64,000 bases of DNA from Sphaerodactylus townsendi (Eukaryota): positions 53,878,001-53,942,000 of the forward strand of contig NC_059431.1 in assembly GCF_021028975.2 (NCBI RefSeq), read 5' to 3'. The position numbers were made by a program, and so were the translations under genes. Positions 62,965 to 64,000 of the stretch are shown one piece after another. The notes under the pieces are model-generated. The model saw only the letters and a list, made by a program, of their open reading frames with translations, did no database searches and was not told the DNA's origin. Position 1 is the stretch's first letter; every line of letters begins with the position of its first letter.

Positions 62965-64000
62965 ATGTCTTGTAAAATTTTATCCTGGAATGTTAATGGG
63001 CTTAATAATCCAATTAAAAGAAAGAACGTTTTTCATCAGCTCAATGAAGGTAAATATGACCTTATCTGTATCCAAGAAACCCACATTAAACAAACCGAAA
63101 TTAAATACCTTCATAACCCTAAAATAGGTAAACTATTCCATGCCAGCAGTGAGAAAAAAACACAAAGGGGTTGCATTATATATTAAAGAAAAATTAGAAC
63201 CAAAATTGATATATTCAGACCAAAATGCAAGATTTTTAATAGTGGAAGTAACAATAAATAGCAAAAAAACACTAGTGGTTGGGATATATGCGCCCAACGA
63301 CAACAAAGCCCAATTCTACCAAAATCTGCAAAAACATTTAATGAACCACCACCCTAATAATTGGATGTTACTGGGTGACTTTAATGGAGTGGTAGACCCA
63401 AACAAAGACAAAAAATGCAAAAAAAGAAACCTGAGCTGATGAAAGACAGTGAACTGCCAAAAACTTTTTTTTCAATGATACAGGTATTAAGATTACACGA
63501 CATCTGGAGGGAAAAAGCAGGTAACTCTCTTGAATATACTTTCTACTCTGGAAGGCATTTATCACATTCCAGAATAGACATGATCTGGGCCTCAAAACCA
63601 CTGAACTTACACACAAACAATATCTCAATTAACTGTAGAACAAATTCAGACCACAACCCAATAGTATGGGAACTTGGCTATAGAAGGAGAAACCCTAATA
63701 TGAGGATTAAAGATTGGATATTAAGGAAAGCAACATGTAAAAAAGAAATAGGTAAAGAAATACAACAATTCTGGGAAATAAATACAAATTCAATCACAAA
63801 TAAGGGAACTATATGGGATGCTCATAAAGCCGTAATTAGGGGATGTTGTTTGAGCACAGAGATAAAGCTTAGAAAACAAAACGCACAAAAAAAGAGACAA
63901 CTAGAAAAAGAACTGGGAAAACTGGAGAGAGAACTAGTCCACAAACCAGGAAATAAAAAAATTAGCAAACAAATAAATTTCTATAAAGCTCAATTAAGTT
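62965..64000 (+). pseudogene. L1 ORF2 N-terminal APE endonuclease, frameshifted
   Basis: KILSWNVNGL, DLICIQETH, KGVALYI, GIYAPN, LLGDFNG, SRIDMIW, SDHNPI, WDAHKAVIRG. Confidence 0.92.

Larger units (their letters stand above)
61348..64000 (+). mobile_element. L1 LINE, 5' portion (5' UTR, ORF1, start of ORF2), continues beyond the window
   Basis: CpG-rich 5' region, L1 ORF1 and APE-starting ORF2, strong A-richness on the sense strand. The 5' boundary is inferred from the GGACTTCCGG start. Confidence 0.85.

Overview
Vertebrate genomic DNA, almost certainly squamate (the repeat families look gecko-like), with one assembly gap (N-run 58691-58849). The only host protein-coding sequence I can support is the last two coding exons of MAN2A1 (Golgi alpha-mannosidase II; + strand, 791-901 and 2253-2402), followed by a long AT-rich 3' UTR. 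The remaining ~59 kb is intergenic and transposon-rich. It holds CR1, L2, RTE and L1 LINE pieces, tRNA-derived and Sauria SINEs, several solo LTRs, a decayed hAT transposase, many hAT and Harbinger-like MITEs (several with clear TSDs, some nested), a Ngaro-type tyrosine-recombinase retrotransposon remnant with an SGNH-hydrolase ORF, and four Penelope-like (PLE) terminal repeats, each carrying a minimal hammerhead-ribozyme motif. The most notable pattern is that both PLE/hammerhead loci sit directly against fragments of unrelated retroelements. One is a Ngaro YR+SGNH fragment inside a shared 12-bp flanking duplication. The other is an internal CR1 ORF1-esterase/ORF2-endonuclease fragment between two direct PLE repeats. 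This suggests PLE-driven capture or trans-mobilisation of foreign sequence. Family assignments come from recognised motifs and memory, not database searches.
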